Part shown: positions 1 to 13,160 of the stretch, piece after piece
How positions within the stretch are numbered: the stretch's first letter is position 1
Layout of the letters: each line of letters opens with the position of its first letter
Origin: Glycera tridactyla
Taxonomy: Eukaryota
Direction: 5' to 3'
DNA: 64,000 nt
Assembly (NCBI GenBank): GCA_965644265.1
Contig: OZ286465.1
Location: 100,254,001-100,318,000, forward strand
Made by a program: the position numbers and the translations under genes
Notes under the pieces: model-generated
Told to the model about the DNA's origin: nothing
The model's input: only the letters and a program-made list of their open reading frames with translations
Database searches by the model: none

Positions 1-181
1 TGGTGTTACAGGTAAAATGATGCAGGGAATATATCGAGTCCAGTAATTGTGGACATCTAGGCCTCCTCCTCATCTCATGCTCAGTTTATTTCTAGATTGG
101 ATCTCACAGATGAGAGGAGCCCCAATCTTCTGAGCATGATAAAGTCATTCCACTGACAGTAGCTTGTAAAAAAAGACTCAC

Positions 182-219
182 TGTAACTATAATGGTGATA
201 CAGTGATTTGGTGATCCCA
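182..219 (-). CDS. Candidate 38-nt internal exon of a minus-strand host gene
   Basis: Minus strand reads TTTCATTTACAG|exon|GTGAGT, open in two phases (xGSPNHCITIIVT or GITKSLYHHYSY). Splice motifs only. Confidence 0.45.
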
Positions 220-559
220 CTGTAAATGAAAGATATTCATTTCACACACATCTGGTTAACACAACAAGGTGAAATGTAGATCTGGGGTACCATTCACCAT
301 ATCATGAGAAAATTACTGCCGGAAGTTTTCCATAGAAATTATTTTCTTCGATACAAATATCATCGAATCATGAAAATATATTTCGCGATACATCACTGTA
401 CTGAACAAATTCTCAGAAATCTGCTACAGTCATACCTGTCTATAAAGGCCGCCTCACACACCCAAAGAACACTCATTTTCAAGACATTTTTGAAACTTGG
501 AAGTTGAGGCTTGGCTGAAGCGGTCGCCATGGGGTGCAGGTTTTACCATCTGGACTGAT

Positions 560-870
560 TTATGCGGTGTATGACTCGCAGCAAGTACTAGCAGAAGCCC
601 TGCAGATTCCCAGCTTGTTGAGCAATTGATCTCCACTTCAACTGGCATGTATGGAATAATGATGACACTGGGTGCCTATTGTAGATGCATACAATATTGG
701 CATGGGTGTCATCAGTTGCGACAGAAACTATCATAGCTGGGAATCATTGCTTCAGTCGATGGAACACATGGTTTTCGGTGAAATGGGCCAGTGGATGAGT
801 ATATTTGGTCTATGAATATGGCGGGTCAATCATCTCATAACCATAGTGGTCAATTCAAGATGCTTGGATT
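560..870 (+). pseudogene. Possible decayed PIF/Harbinger transposase fragment
   Basis: GIIASVDGTH at 740-769 resembles the Harbinger G(V/I)IGAIDGTH motif, and QQVLAEAL upstream resembles QQVLxAL. Several stops. Confidence 0.4.
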
Positions 871-998
871 ACCATATTATGTAATAACTCTGGTTTACAT
901 CTAAAATAAATGACTGCTCAAGAAGGAGTGAGAAGCACAAATCATAAGGATCTGTGAAATGGTGCAGGTCCGGTATAGAATGGTGAACCTTGTCCAAT

Positions 999-1452
999 GT
1001 GGCCACCTATCCGAGGAGTAGCCTGGCTCACTGTTGTGAACAGTGCTGCTCAGTTGAGACCCGGAGTAGATTGTCTGCTCCTAACTTTCTACAAGGTGTG
1101 ATCAGAAGGTGTGAGAAGCAGTCATCGAGCACATGAGCTGGTCAGACACCAACGTGGCCACCCATCCAAGGAGGTGCCATGCTCACTGTTGTGAACAGTG
1201 CTGCTCAGTTGATACCAAGAGTAGATTGTCTGCACCTAACTTTCTACAAGGTGTGATCAGAAGGTGTGAGAAGCAGTCATCGAGCACATGAACCGGTCAG
1301 ACACCAATGTGGCCACCCATCTGAGGAGGAGCCCTGTTCACTGTTGTGAACAGTGCTGCTCAGTTGAGTGGAGTATTTGTCTACCAGCTGTCTACAAGGT
1401 GTGATTAGAAGGTGTGAGAAGCAGTCATGGAGCAAGTGAGCAGGTCGGCCAC
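999..1452 (+). repeat. Tandem array, 155-bp unit, about 2.9 copies
   Basis: GTGGCCACC recurs at 999, 1154 and 1309 with highly similar intervening sequence. Confidence 0.95.
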
Positions 1453-3597
1453 TGACCCGCCACTCTCTATTAGAAACATAACAGTGACAGTGATCTTTCT
1501 GACACCCCAACCTGGCGTGACATTCACTCATCAGCGACACTTGACCAGTCAATTGCCAACTTCCTGAGTTTATCAATAGTTGAATATACTGCTTGGGAGG
1601 TTATATCCTCAAATCATTCATGTAAGCGAATACCTGACGTAGATATGAATGCATCCATGCAGACATCCATGTGTGTCCAGATTTCAACAATCACTCTCCC
1701 AAATATTTATTCACTCCTGATTTTTCGCAAAAGTGAAAATTATGCTGAAACTAAAGGGGAAAATCTCATTATGTGTTTTTTTTTTGTGTTTGGTATTCTG
1801 ATTACTACATTTGTAGGTATACAAAGGAATCATGTGGTATTTTGTTGGTGTAGTCAACATTGTGATGATCGACCTTCACATTAGATTTGTCACTTTCTCA
1901 TCAGATCAGAGGGAGTTTGGTCTTTTCACTCTCCCCAAATATAATCCGCTTTCCATGCTACCCCCATTTAGGAGAGTGGCCTAACTTGACTGCATGTGTA
2001 TGTTTGTGTGAGTGTGAGTACATATTTCTTGGGAGTGCAAAACTCGAGAGACTAGTATAATGATAATATGCAAATGGAAATATACTTTTTCTGCAGAAGA
2101 AAAAAAGTAATTGGACGAAACAAAAAGGATCAAAAAGACAATGGGAATACATTTGTTCCAGTCCAATCAGAACTGACCCCTAACTTCAGTCTTGGATAAT
2201 CCTGTCTGCGTTGAAGATACATTAAGCCCAACTGAATCAATGAATCAATCCTACAGAAGACGAATATGAATGCTGTACATTGCTGAATATATGCACAGTG
2301 GGCAAAGGCACAGGCAGGTGCTGTGTGTGTTTATTTGGAACTGAATGTAAGAGAAAACCAATCACAATTTCACCATAAACGTGAAAGAAACACTCACAGA
2401 ATCAATGAATAAAGATGGCAGCTTTTCATTTTTCTGGTATTGACACATGTTCAGGGGTCATCTCTGGTATCCTTGATGAGTAGGCCTATAAGTAGGGGAT
2501 GCACATCTATTCGAGTATGGGCATATATGGCAATATACAGTAGTATAACAGTATAACAAAAAGCTTTATTTAGACAGGCGAAAGCAGTATTACGGACATT
2601 TCAAGTAAGGAAAAATTATATCAAAGAATGGTAGATGTTAGGCCAGGGGCCTACTGTTACACTGCTAACAGTAGCCAAAAGCAGTTGGAAAGAGTCAGAA
2701 CAACTGATAGAATGACTCTCTCACAGGCAGGGCTTTGCACTCCCGTGCTCCTGCATACAATCATAGACCAGATAATGGTCATGTAACAAAGAAACTGTCA
2801 GCCCACGGAAATACCACAGTCATGGAGTGTGGTTTCACAGTCGATATGCTCAAAGGCTAGATGTTCATCTCTTCCAAATTCAATGCAAAATAGAAGGTAT
2901 GAGACCATAAACATTTTTGAGGCAGTGACAAAAACGAGGCTCAATTTGAAGACTGCTACACTACGGGGACTTACATTATGTATACAGCTATAGAGTCATG
3001 TTTTATTGTACACTTTGATGGTCCATGATCTTATATGACCCCCATCATTTCATTATGCATCCATGCAATAAAAACTAGATTCCATCATGAATATAGACCA
3101 ATATTTCCTAATGAGCAGCCAGATATCTTCTTGTTGCGCATCTGTGTCATGCCCTTCTGTCCATTTCGCTATCACTTGATGACAGTACACATTCTTGGAT
3201 AACTGATGGGCACTATATTGTGAATGCACATTGATTGATTATTCCTTCACTTTGAAGGTCATNNNNNNNNNNNNNNNNNNNNNNNNNNNNNNNNNNNNNN
3301 NNNNNNNNNNNNNNNNNNNNNNNNNNNNNNNNNNNNNNNNNNNNNNNNNNNNNNNNNNNNNNNNNNNNNNNNNNNNNNNNNNNNNNNNNNNNNNNNNNNN
3401 NNNNNNNNNNNNNNNNNNNNNNNNNNNNNNNNNNNNNNNNNNNNNNNNNNNNNNNNNNNNNNNNNNNNNNNNNNNNNNNNNNNNNNNNNNNNNNNNNNNN
3501 NNNNNNNNNNNTGTGTGTTTGTATTTGTGTGAGCATATATGTGTGATACCGTATATACTTGCATATAAGCCTTTGTGTGAGCATATATGTGTGTATA

Positions 3598-4615
3598 CTG
3601 TATATACTCGCATATAAGCCTTCTCCGCGTATAAGCCGGGGGTACGATTTCGCCTCTAAAAGTCGGGATTTAGTCATTTATTCGAATATAAGCCTCCCCT
3701 AATTTTGCTGAGTGAACATGGTGACGAGTGCCGTGATATATCAAAGACAGGCATGTAGTGAAGCCAATTTGCGGCTTACCCCGGCTATTGTTTGTTCGTT
3801 TGCACCTCCACACTTCAATGATTCACAGGTACAATCCATGCTGAGGCGATCTCTGCCACTGAAAACCCATGTCTAGGCCAAGTGAGCATGTATTTCGCGA
3901 TAAAAATGAGAGGCTGGCTTCCGCAACATGGATTTGGGTGCCATTGTTATGTCATGTGACGAGGCTGAAGACCCGGATGTATGAACCAAAATACATAATT
4001 TGCATACGGCCTTGACCTCATCACCTTGCCCGAGATGGCGGAACTTTCTCGAATTGTTGTTTCTGATCAATGTTTTCATCACTTTTATGGCGAGATCGTA
4101 TTTTCTACCAAAAGATCATCATTCGTACTGTTTTAGTGTAAATTCGTACATCTGGGACTATCAATATATATCCGGCAGTATTTCGAGAGCGATTGCAGAT
4201 GCAAAAAAACATCGTTTTCAGCATCAGGCTCAACTAGTTCCATGGCGTCTGTACTCGTGTTGGATTCTGTGTTATGAAAGTATTCATTTCTCAAGAACCA
4301 CGCAATGCATTGACTAATGGCTTATGGCATGATAAATAAAACAATATTGCTGACAAATCTCGCGTATGGATAGAATTTTATTTGTTGGGGAATATTGTCA
4401 AATTTGATGATATTTAGACGAGTTTTTGTTGGTTCTTTCGAAATCCAAGATGGCGACCGCCGCGAGCGAAGCCCTCACTTGCTCACGGGTCTTCGTTCAT
4501 GTTGACATTTGGCTATGACGAAAATTCATACTCACATATAAGCCGCCCCCCCCCCCCCTGCTTTCTCCCCAATTTTTGGTCGTCCAAAAATGGGCTTATA
4601 TGCGAGTATATAGGG
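3598..4615. mobile_element. Non-autonomous Tc1/mariner/pogo-type element, about 1.0 kb
   Basis: 23-bp TIR CTGTATATACTCGCATATAAGCC / GGCTTATATGCGAGTATATAGGG (2 mismatches), TA on both sides, subterminal TATAAGCC repeats. Confidence 0.85.
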
Positions 4616-6481
4616 TATTTGTGTGTGAGTGTGTGTGTATGTGTGTGCATGCGTGTATGTCCATGTGGAGGGGGGTCCAATTTCAGTGTCAGCATCATAG
4701 CTGGCCAATAATCATCTCTGTAGGGGCCCACCCAGAGGTTCAACCCCTATAAAAACCTATTGCACATGCATCATGTCATGGAAATATATATTTGATGGAA
4801 ATGGGTGTGTAGGTGTGTGCATGTGTTTGTGATTTTATAATCTCAGTAACATGAGCAGTGAAGGTTGATCAATCAATAATTCAATCAATCAAGTTTGAAA
4901 ATTGACAAAATTATCCCATTTCAAAAGGAATAATCAAATATATAGAACTCATCTTTTCCATCTTTAGACCAGAGAGAGATTGACTCACCTGTAAGAAAAA
5001 AAGACAAAATCAATTAGATATAGATCAAATTTGGCGGGAACTGATGATACCCTTAGGTATCTGCAAGCACATGCCGAAAGTATGCATATTTTTTTAACAA
5101 ATTCTAACACAGTTCTTCTAGGCATGTTTGTTAATGCTATGATGAAGAAAACAATCCCATCATCAGAAATTCATGTATAGTGGAATCTGTCATGAATGAT
5201 CCCCCAATGTGCAACTCCCATTCAAGTTGAGTGACCTCAATCATTATAACACTCACCTCATATATATTTTGCATAAATTACATTGTTATGAATATTTCAG
5301 AAAAGAATGTTACTCCAGGTCAAAAAATGGATTCCTGTCATCTTCCGGTCAATAGGTCCATTCAATCCATAGTGGAAAATATATCACGTTTGATTGACGG
5401 CTGCCAACATGCCAACATATATAACATATATACTAGCTATATAAATCAATCTTATTATGATTGGCCTGTAATTATATTCGAGGCCATTTCGATTGCTTCG
5501 TGCTGAATTGATTCAAATGCCAGGGATGCAATATTCGTCGATCAGCACTCAACAATAGCAGCCATCATGCACCTTGAATGTTACCAGTATCACTGATGTT
5601 ATGGTTTCTATAGGATGACGTAGGTAGAACCAATTGTTACGACTCAACATTCATTGGAGCACATCTGCTATGTTAGTCACAGCTCCTTTACCATCAAACG
5701 TGTCTTCCTGCAGGCAGTGTTCTAAAGAAAAAATATTCCACTACAAATCACATTCTATTTGAGGGAAATCAGGAGTTATATGATATCTTGGAAGTACCAC
5801 TGGGTATAGTCTTACACCTACTAAGCAAATTGAACGTATCAGATGGGAAAGGGCTGAGAATGTTTCACCATTGTGTACCAACTGTTGTGTTGTCATATGT
5901 ATGTTTTGTTAATCTGTTCGATCTCATGCTAGAAAAACAGTCACTCGACTTTCCTATGCAAGCCGAAACAGAGTCTTCAAATCCTAATTCAAAATTCAAA
6001 TGCTTACACAAATGTGATAGCTACTACCCAGTGTGATTCTTGAAGAGAGTTCCTGATACAGAAGAAGTGATGGATGATCACCCAGGTAATTTTATACGGG
6101 TTGTTAAACATCAACCAAAATAAAACATATCTGTGAATTTAAGCGAAAAGCCATCTCGTATCAGGAGCATAATTGACTTGATCAGATGGAAAAGCTACCC
6201 TGAAAAAGTGGTCTCCTATCAGGGCTGGTCTCTCATTGGGGGTCTCTCATTGCAGCTTCTGCTGTATCATAATGTAAGTTTTTGCGCCAAAAGATTGATC
6301 TCAAAAAGTTGGTCGATGCTCGGGAAATTCACAGGTCTCAATCTCTCTCAAGGCACCAGTATAAAGTGAGCTGATGATAAATATCGGCAAACAGATGTTC
6401 TTCTACTCGACTTCAATCTTTGATGGTGGTGTTCCAGGAAACTAACTTACTTTCACCATGAATGTGATGAGGTCCACTCAC

Positions 6482-6618
6482 CTGCCTTCAGGCTGTCAAA
6501 CATGGCCACGTTTCTTTCTCTTCACCTCTATTCCATACCTCTTAGCTCTTTCTTATCTCTACTGCAAAGTGGTCTCAGGTGAAGATAGCTAAAGGTTTGC
6601 CTGTAGTAGATATTGTCA
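6482..6618 (-). CDS. Candidate exon with start codon (MFDSLKA..., ATG at 6503-6501)
   Basis: Acceptor CCCATTTTTTACAG, context GTGGCCATG, donor GCAG|GTGAGT. All three frames are closed upstream of the ATG. Confidence 0.45.
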
Positions 6619-8467
6619 CTGTAAAAAATGGGCACCAGGCACACCAGTCCTGGATTACCAGGGCTGTGACTAGGTTCTCTGGGTTGTGTGATGACATTGC
6701 ACTTTGAGCTTGGGGCAACCATTTTTGTAAAGTTGGTTTGAAGTTGACAGTTCGTAATTGAACACATTGGTTGAGCATTTTCCAAACCTGATGTTTTTTC
6801 TTGTTTCAAGTGCTGCACTTTGCGATCAGGCTCTATCATAAGCTTTCAGATCTTGACCTAGTTAGATATGCCATCAAGAAGTTTCATATGGTTATGTTGA
6901 ACAGGTAGAGGTGCGTCTGAAGTGCCACTACTTCCACTTGGCGATCTCTAGGTTCCCCATTATCTTGTCCAGGGTATGTGCAAGTGATGCCTGCAGGGGG
7001 CAGAACATCAAGCTTTCATTGACCAGGAACCTACAGCATGGATAATCCTCTGGTTTGATACATGCGGTTGAACATCACTCACTCAATCAATCAATCAATC
7101 CATCATGGCATCCACCATCTTTGAAGGGCCCCTTCAGGTCATGAAGAGAACAATGAAGATAATATATAGTTCTCTATCTTTTCCCGATAGTTTCAACCTC
7201 GATTGAGTGTCAATGAGACAATCAATCAATCAATCAATCATCTTCCACCGTGGAGAATGCGTCATCATTTTTCAGGACCATTCTCAGATCATTTGAGTAT
7301 GATGGTTCCAATGCTTCACTCTGTTGAATTCACTTCCAGAGATGAACAAACATGGGAATCTCCTCATACAAACGAATGAAAAACTTATNNNNNNNNNNNN
7401 NNNNNNNNNNNNNNNNNNNNNNNNNNNNNNNNNNNNNNNNNNNNNNNNNNNNNNNNNNNNNNNNNNNNNNNNNNNNNNNNNNNNNNNNNNNNNNNNNNNN
7501 NNNNNNNNNNNNNNNNNNNNNNNNNNNNNNNNNNNNNNNNNNNNNNNNNNNNNNNNNNNNNNNNNNNNNNACATCATCATTTAGGGGAATAAAGAAATGT
7601 AATGCAACCAACATGCAATTGATATTGACCCAATTTCTATATGGTCAAATAAATCTCATCATTCAACTTTTTGTTTTCGTGACCTACTTCCACCCACTCA
7701 AGCCCACGAGATCACGATCAAGTCAAGTGATACCACAGATCGTTCTCCTTAAACTCTTATCACTCATCCCGAATTAACTCGATATATTGTTAAAAAAAAC
7801 GCTTAATAGAATCAACTTTGTTGTCACATCACTTGAGCAAGGCAGAGAACAAATAAAGCTGAGATCTGATTCACAATTTTCTTCGAACTTGTGAAAAGAC
7901 TACCCTCGCATGTTTTCTTTGTAGGATGAGTGAGAGTGTTCGTCCCTGTCCTTACGTTGGTTGCGAGTGCGGGTGAGCTGCGCATGACTTATAAAGAGAA
8001 GCTATAGTAATAGGGTATTAGATCATAAACTGTATACATAATACATGCATAAATGGCTGTACACGATTACGGCAGTTGTTATAAGGCTCGTATATATCAG
8101 AACTCACCCTCTCCTCCCCGACAACCGCTTCTCTAATTGGTTGCGTGAAACGTGGGCAAAAAATTCACCCACACTCCATGCTGATCTCGTTCCTATCACA
8201 AAAACTAAGTAGTTAATGGTAAACTGCAGTGAAAAATTCATGAGTCAATCTGATGTACACTGTTGCTCAGCAACAAGTGATGCAATTGAAAGTGGCGGAG
8301 TATGACAACGGGATGTTTCCAATTTCAATGTTGCTCATGTCCTGATTGAATAATAGCCTCACAACTGTAATACTTCTTTCGTCAGCTGCCGAGTTTTTTT
8401 GAAGAAAATGAAACTTCGATGCATTGTATCAATGTGGATGCATTAGCTTCATGGACAAAAGATATCT

Positions 8468-8481
8468 GCGCCACCTGGTGG
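8468..8481 (-). promoter_or_regulatory. CTCF-type motif CCACCAGGTGGCGC
   Basis: Close match to the bilaterian CTCF core consensus. Confidence 0.6.
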
Positions 8482-8504
8482 AATACATGTTATCTATCTA
8501 GCGA

Positions 8505-8700
8505 ATGAGGTGCAGTCACTTCCGTCCTCAACTGAGCAGCACTTTTCACAACAGTGAGCAGGGCTCCTCCATGGATGGGTGACCATCATGGACAAGGTTC
8601 ACCATCCCATACCAGACCTGCAGCATCACACTGATCTGTATGATCTGCGTTACTCACTAAGTAGGTACTTCCGTGTGGAGGTAACTGAGCGGAGTTTAAA
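8505..8700 (+). mobile_element. Dispersed SINE-like repeat; other copies at about 940-1150, 30130-30375 and 42570-42825 in the opposite orientation
   Basis: Shared blocks AACTGAGCAGCAC, GGATGGGTGACC, GACAAGGTTCACCAT and GACCTGCACCAT. The 30.1 and 42.6 kb copies add CC(C/T)GGGTGT-AATRG-TAC-like sequence typical of invertebrate SINE cores. Confidence 0.6.
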
Positions 8701-9299
8701 GCAAATCAACCTAACTCCAATCTGATTGAAATATTCAACCAACCAATCTATCAATCAATCAATCAATCAATCACACAGTCATCAAAGTGGGAACAGATGC
8801 AAGCATTTTTTAACTCTGTCATGACTGAAGAATTCATAGGTCTCAATTTTTGTTCAACCTGAATCGAATGACAAAATCCTGTTGTTGTTTTCCTGTGGAT
8901 TGATATCATCATAGTTTGAAAAGTTCTTTGACCAGAGTTATCAAGCTCAACATCACTGCAACTACTGTACCATTATCCATTTGCATAATTTATTCATTAA
9001 TCACCATAAGTCTTCATTAACTGGCATGAGTTTATGACTTCATTGGATGCAATATATTGACTTTACTTATTGATATTGCATGCATTAAAATGACATCAAT
9101 AATTAAAAAGAATGATGGAGACTCAATTTTGATGCAATTTACTCAATAGCAACCATAGCACTATTGATGGGAAAAAGATGACATTTTCAGTTGATAGTCT
9201 GATGTGTATTCTCACTCATCTGGACAGATTCCAATATTGAGAAATAAGTCAAAAACTGGACTTTCACACTCACTACAAATGTGACGTTGCGGCTAGAAC

Positions 9300-9545
9300 C
9301 TCTTCAAGCTGTCCCATGACAGACAGCATCTGGGGTTCACCATCACATAAGCAAAGCTGGCCACCAATTTGATGATTCTGAGGAGGTGATATTGGGCAAC
9401 GAGCAACGATGGTATAAGCAAGGGGTCAAAGAAGCAATCTCTGAGAGGATAGAGAAGCCATGATTGAACAAAAGGGGGGCCTACGATTTTCCTTGAGCTG
9501 GAGCTGGGACAGGACATTACAAGGGGTTCCCCCCTCCCTCCCCCA
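9300..9545 (+). mobile_element. Penelope-like element, GIY-YIG C-terminal remnant
   Basis: Translates SGVHHHISKAGHQFDDSEEVILGNEQRWYKQGVKEAISERIEKP*LN, then after a frameshift GGLRFSLSWSW. Confidence 0.85.
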
Positions 9546-9764
9546 CCATCTATGATGTGACAGATCAATTGATTGTCTTGTGGAATTTGGAGGATGCCGT
9601 TCAGGTGTGCCTGTCATATGACAGATGAATACATCTTGAATACTGAGAGTCTCAAATATCAATTTAAGTCAATTCCACTTTTTCAACCTAGTTCCCATGT
9701 GCCCCATCTATTTTCACCATAGTTGGTTGATATACAACTGGCAGATATACCAGATGTCAAAGCA

Positions 9765-9998
9765 CAATGAAACCTGTGACCAGAGACCACCCTAAATGTC
9801 ACCAGAAAGTGGTCTCTCATCGAGGAGGAGGCGAAATGTGCCTCTGCACTCTCCTTCATGAGGATAATAAACTATTTTTTCATTTTTCATTTTCACCGGG
9901 GCCGTATTTGACTATATCAAATAGAAAAGCTGCCCTGAAAAAGCAGTCACCCGTCGGAGGTGGTCTCTCGTCGGGGGTCTCTTGTTGCAGATTCACTG
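9765..9998. mobile_element. MITE family A (CAGTGAAACCTG TIR) with an internal insertion
   Basis: Degenerate TIRs, GAGACCACC/GGTGGTCTC motifs, central TATTTGACTATATCAAATA. Confidence 0.8.
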
Positions 9999-12072
9999 TA
10001 TCGAGAACTGTGACAAAGGCACTTCACATATCTGACCTTGTGCGACATTCCCATCACAGAAGCGCCCTGACATCACACATGCGACTGGTGATGATGTAGA
10101 ACAGCCTCAGCGCACAACTACACTCCTTGAACAATGTCACAAATATCGGGAACCTATCAAACACAACTATTTATGGTTCAGTCATCACTGGAAGACGTTT
10201 CATACACAGCGACCTGTGACTCTATTGTGGCCAGTGTAAGATTCATGCTCTTCAGCACAATTTCTTCTCAATGACATGAATGAAGGGGTAGCATGAAAAG
10301 TTGAATTCATAAAACTCTAATTGCTTGAAATTGTATCTCATACATTCTATGAAACAATGTTGCATCTTTGCCTGTCTAAATGTCTAAATCTATGCTCATC
10401 TCTGATTCTAAATAAAATCCAAAAAGGCTCAAGTCTTTTGCTGGGTGAATTATGCTTCACTCATATAACATACAGTACAATACACAATTGTACATTCTTT
10501 TCTTCAAGCTAAATTGATGCCTTTGTAATTCTGGCACTTGGGTCATCATGGATAAGATATCGTGAAATGCCCAGATCGTCCTTCACACAATAATGAGATT
10601 TCAATGCAAAAATAAATCATCTGCATCTGATCTGAGCATGGAGATCAATAAGACTATTATTGGACACAAATAACTGAAATCATAGTTGATGTAGGATATT
10701 TTTTAATGGATCACTCCATCAATTGTGTGAAAAGAAACACTCAATATAAGTAAGTTGCATAAACAGGCTAAAACCACAAATGATTTGAATAGATTTTGAA
10801 TAGATATCACACCATTAAAGCATTAGCCCAGTGAACATTTCAGGGTGATAATGATAATTTCTTTGTGGAATAAAGATGCATACTGACTTTCTGATGTTTT
10901 TATGATTTCCTCTTACAACAAAACAATACCCTATCTGTGCCTTGCCAATTAACCCTGAGCAATCTCGCGTAAACGGAATGAACTGCTATAAAACTGCAAC
11001 TAATGGAATTGTCAATTTTGTGAGCTGTTTGTTGCTCCTGTGGGAGCAACATACGAATATAACACCACTGCTCAGATACGGCAAACGCCAACGACAGATT
11101 TTCATGATCTCATCTCCGTTGCACTTTCCCTTCGAGAGGGTGGGATTTCCCAGCAACTCAATTCATGTCCAAAATGCCATGGAAAGTTCATTAATTCTAT
11201 ACTTTGAGAAAGAAACGAAAGATGATTACTGAGTGTGCATCCTTTCCATGGAATAAAAACACAAGCTATGAAATGGTAGATGGTAAAATACAAACTGTCT
11301 GCGAATGAATTAGATGAACAGAGAATGAAGAGATTTTCCAGTCACATCATCTTCCACACATTAGTTGACCACCGCTCAACATCAAAGTAGAAGTCAAGGG
11401 TCTATGATAACAAGAACTCACTGCAGTCATTTGCTTGATATCTGTCATTGAGAATATTGTGTGTACACTATCACATTCAATGAGGCATCAGAATCAAGGT
11501 CAAGATCAAGGTCATAGGAGATATTCATAGATCTCACTCTTTTATACAATGACTCAAGCTAGCATTGATGGATATTAACCAAACTGACATAACCAAAGGG
11601 TTGGTTATCTCACTTTTGATGTAGATGACCGTGGGTCAAAGGTCAAGGTCAAGGTTGCATCAGTTTGGTCCAAATGCAGGGACACTAGTTTGAGTTATTC
11701 TGTGAAAGAATCTCAAGTGGAAGTAGCTGACAGTCCAGACACACCTCTACCTACTCAACATAAACATAGTGCACCTATTATGGCATATCTAACTATGTAA
11801 CTGGATGGTGACTGACACTCAAGTCTGATAGAAATGCTTTCTATTAAAGCAAAGCGCAGCATTTAAAACAAAGAAAAGAATGAGGTTTGAAGAATAGTTG
11901 CGAGGGGAAGATGGTGCAAGAAGAGTTAACATCGTGAGTGGGTCATGTTCGTGGAAGCATAGATCAAAGTCATGACTGTTATAATTAGCCGGTGGAAATA
12001 CGACATCTTTCCATCCGCCTTTATCTCGCTATATCACCATCTCCCACATGTCAACATCACATGCTGCGGGTC

Positions 12073-12086
12073 CCACCAGGTGGCGC
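12073..12086 (+). promoter_or_regulatory. CTCF-type motif CCACCAGGTGGCGC
   Basis: Same 14-mer as 8468-8481, in the opposite orientation. Confidence 0.6.
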
Positions 12087-12903
12087 TCTCTCTGACCTAG
12101 TCACGTGCGCCCTTTTACACTGCTACGCACCTCAAATGCCCTCTCCCAGGTGACTCCAAAAATACACAACCCACGCACACATCTTCATGCCTCAATGACT
12201 GATTGACCGAGGCTTAATTTCTCTTTAATCCTGATTGAATAAAACTAGAGGGTTCATCTAATTCTGGAACATATTTTCAGGATGATACTCGGACTGTGGA
12301 AGAAAATATTCAATTGTATTTCATGACTGTTATTTTTACTTGGTTATGGTGACAAAATACTACTGACTGGAGAAAAGAACATTCCTGCAAGTGAAGTTCA
12401 GGTCTTTGAGAAAATTCATAGTTTACATGCATGCAACATAGACACAAACACATATTTGGCATCATCAAACCCTTAAAAGGTGCCTTCTATGTGAATGGAA
12501 TTCTGAAATGATCAGTGTAGACAGCTCACACTGCCAAACTCTGAGGGGAAATATGATTCACCTCAAAATACAATGTTGTTTTGCTTTTATGTCAGATTAC
12601 AATTTTATTGACCAAATCATATGAATTAGCCAAAGAACTATTTTCTCTCCAGCTGCCAAAACTAACCAATCACAGCCCAGCTTTCAGAGTACTACACACA
12701 ACATGACCCCACCTGACCTGTGGAGAAGTTGAGCAATCTTCTACAGTTGAATCCTTCACTCCCTGCTCTCCAATAATGTAGTGAGAGCTTGTATGTATGA
12801 TTACCAAATCATCCTGAATTTCAAATCCTTTCATGATTGATGTACAACTGTTATTTATGAGGCATTGGACATTTCTATGATACTCAATTCAGTGCAACAT
12901 AGT

Positions 12904-13160
12904 TAATGATAATAAAAAACATTTATATAGCTTTTCCTCATTGAGCTCGAAGGCACTTCACATGGATATGTGATAAACAATGGGAGAAACATGGAAATCA
13001 AGATGGTGAGGAGGCAATGTTGAATAAATGTGTTTTCAGTCTAGTTTTGAACTTAATTTTTGAATTAGATTAATTTTTGTGTTTGGAAATGATATCTATT
13101 ATATTTGGAGTAATGGTTTTAGGATGGATTTTGACACGAGGTGGCACTAATTTTCATATA
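12904..13160 (-). mobile_element. L2-type LINE 3' end fragment
   Basis: Minus strand encodes KFKTRLKTHLFN, followed by GTGAAGTGCCTTCGAG...GAAAAGCTATATAAAT and a (TTA)-like tail. Confidence 0.8.
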
